A stretch of 63,568 bases of DNA, filler included, from Trichomonas gallinae (taxonomy: Eukaryota), in assembly GCA_008369845.1 (NCBI GenBank). It is 10 parts of 10 records of this genome, joined end to end, with 100 filler letters (N's around TTAATTAATTAA, not from the genome) between each part and the next. Parts side by side here need not be neighbours in the genome. Positions count along the whole stretch, not along the records: positions 62,521 to 63,568 come from MRSU01000042.1; 9 more parts are not named here. One strand, written 5' to 3'. Below the pieces are notes generated by a model. The model was not told the origin of the DNA. It saw only the letters and a list, made by a program, of their open reading frames with translations, and searched no databases. The stretch's first letter is position 1, and each line of letters begins with the position of its first letter. Both the position numbers and the translations under genes were made by a program. Shown in pieces: positions 62,521 through 63,568 of this stretch.

Positions 62521-63052
62521 AATATCCAATAAAAACGACCAAAAAAATTGAATACGTATCGAAAAAGCTGTCTGACATCGAAAAAATGAGCAACAGTAAA
62601 GTATTTATTTGAATTTGATGTTCCATATAAGGTGTATACCTTTTAACCGATGTCAAAATGATATTCTAACTATTCAGTAACCTTCATTTACAATACTCGG
62701 TTGAAGGTTAAATTCAATTTAATTATATCAAGTTGTCATCTAGATTCCAGGCTATTTGTGTTAAGACATCAATGAATCAGAATCAATGGAAGCATCATTT
62801 TAATGTTTAAAATTTTGAAAAAATATATTTGGCTAGATAAATAAAATAACCATTAATCATTGATATATACAAAAATATATGAATATTAGATAAGTAAAAA
62901 AAGCTAAAATCAAAGAAATGAATTTTGTGAAAAATTAAACAATGATATTTTCTAAAACTGATGATTAAAATGATATATATGCTTCTAAATGATAGTAAAT
63001 ATGAAATAAAAAAGTGGTGTTGCCGGCAAAAATCCGAATAACCGCCCAAAAA

Positions 63053-63071
63053 AGCGGTTTGGTCGACCTTT
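63053..63071 (+). promoter_or_regulatory. M3 + M5 type core promoter of RPL13
   Basis: AGCGGTTT (RRCGGYTD) at 63053-63060 and CCTTT at 63067-63071, 3 nt before the ATG. Confidence 0.75.
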
Positions 63072-63074
63072 AAC

Positions 63075-63568
63075 ATGGTTGCCAAGAACAACCAGATTCC
63101 AAATGATCACCTTCGTAAATACTGGTACCACCGCGTAAAGACATACTTCGATGATCCAGCACGTGCTCAGCGCCGCCGCAATGCTCGCAACCTTCGCGCT
63201 AAGAAGATCGCTCCACGCCCAATTGATGGCCCACTCCGCCCAATCGTTCGCTGCCCAACAGTCCGCTACAACATGAAGACACGCCTTGGCCGTGGCTTCT
63301 CACCAAAGGAACTCGTCGCCGCTGGCTTCGATCCAGCTCTTGCTCGTTTCCAGGGCATCGCTGTCGATACACGCCGCGCCCATGCTAAGGATGCCATGAT
63401 CAAGCAGAACGTTGAGCGCCTTCAGGCTTACAAGGCTCGCCTTATCAAGGTCAAGAAGGGCGAGACAGTCGAGCAGGTCAACGATGCTGCCCTCTTCGCT
63501 CTTCCAAAGGTCCAGAACGAAATCAAGTTCCGTGTTATCAAGGCTGAGGAGAAGAAGGTCGATCTCTT
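63075..63568 (+). CDS. RPL13: 60S ribosomal protein L13 (eL13), runs off the window end
   Basis: MVAKNNQIPNDHLRKYWYHRVKTYFDDPAR...APRP..GPLRPIVRCPTVRYNMKTRLGRGFS..EL...GIAVDTRR...NVERLQAYKARL. Absent from the ORF track. Confidence 0.98.
   Translation, partial: MVAKNNQIPNDHLRKYWYHRVKTYFDDPARAQRRRNARNLRAKKIAPRPIDGPLRPIVRCPTVRYNMKTRLGRGFSPKELVAAGFDPALARFQGIAVDTRRAHAKDAMIKQNVERLQAYKARLIKVKKGETVEQVNDAALFALPKVQNEIKFRVIKAEEKKVDL

Noticed and set aside
1..63568. tRNA, rRNA, snoRNA, CRISPR arrays, intact transposase or Maverick genes
   Set aside because: None recognised by eye; covariance-model searches were not possible, so small RNAs could have been missed.

Overview
Eukaryotic genomic DNA from a trichomonad (Trichomonas sp., inferred from gene families, Inr/M3/M5-type core promoters, intronless genes and AT-rich intergenic DNA). 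The window is not contiguous: ten contigs are joined by nine artificial 100-nt linkers (44 N + TTAATTAATTAA + 44 N), so adjacency across linkers means nothing. Recognisable genes: a Bap-like surface protein (partial, missed by the ORF track), a transmembrane adenylate/guanylate cyclase with a tandem catalytically degenerate paralog, an Erv41/46-type ERGIC protein, a PH-AGC kinase, a spastizin/ZFYVE26-like protein, V-ATPase subunit c, Srp40/Nopp140, RhoGAP, a Yar1-like ankyrin protein, strumpellin, a BEACH protein, an R2R3 Myb, a frameshifted miniature mucolipin-like 6-TM protein, GlnRS, an Ash2-like SPRY protein, two BspA-like LRR genes, GDH, Sec22, RPLP0 and RPL13. There are also two ankyrin pseudogenes. 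The most notable observations are the cyclase/pseudo-cyclase pair, the mini-TRPML candidate, 60-90 bp gene shards scattered in intergenic DNA, a recurrent TTTACATGTCA motif, and a shared ribosomal-protein promoter element. All homology calls were made by eye from remembered motifs; no searches were run.
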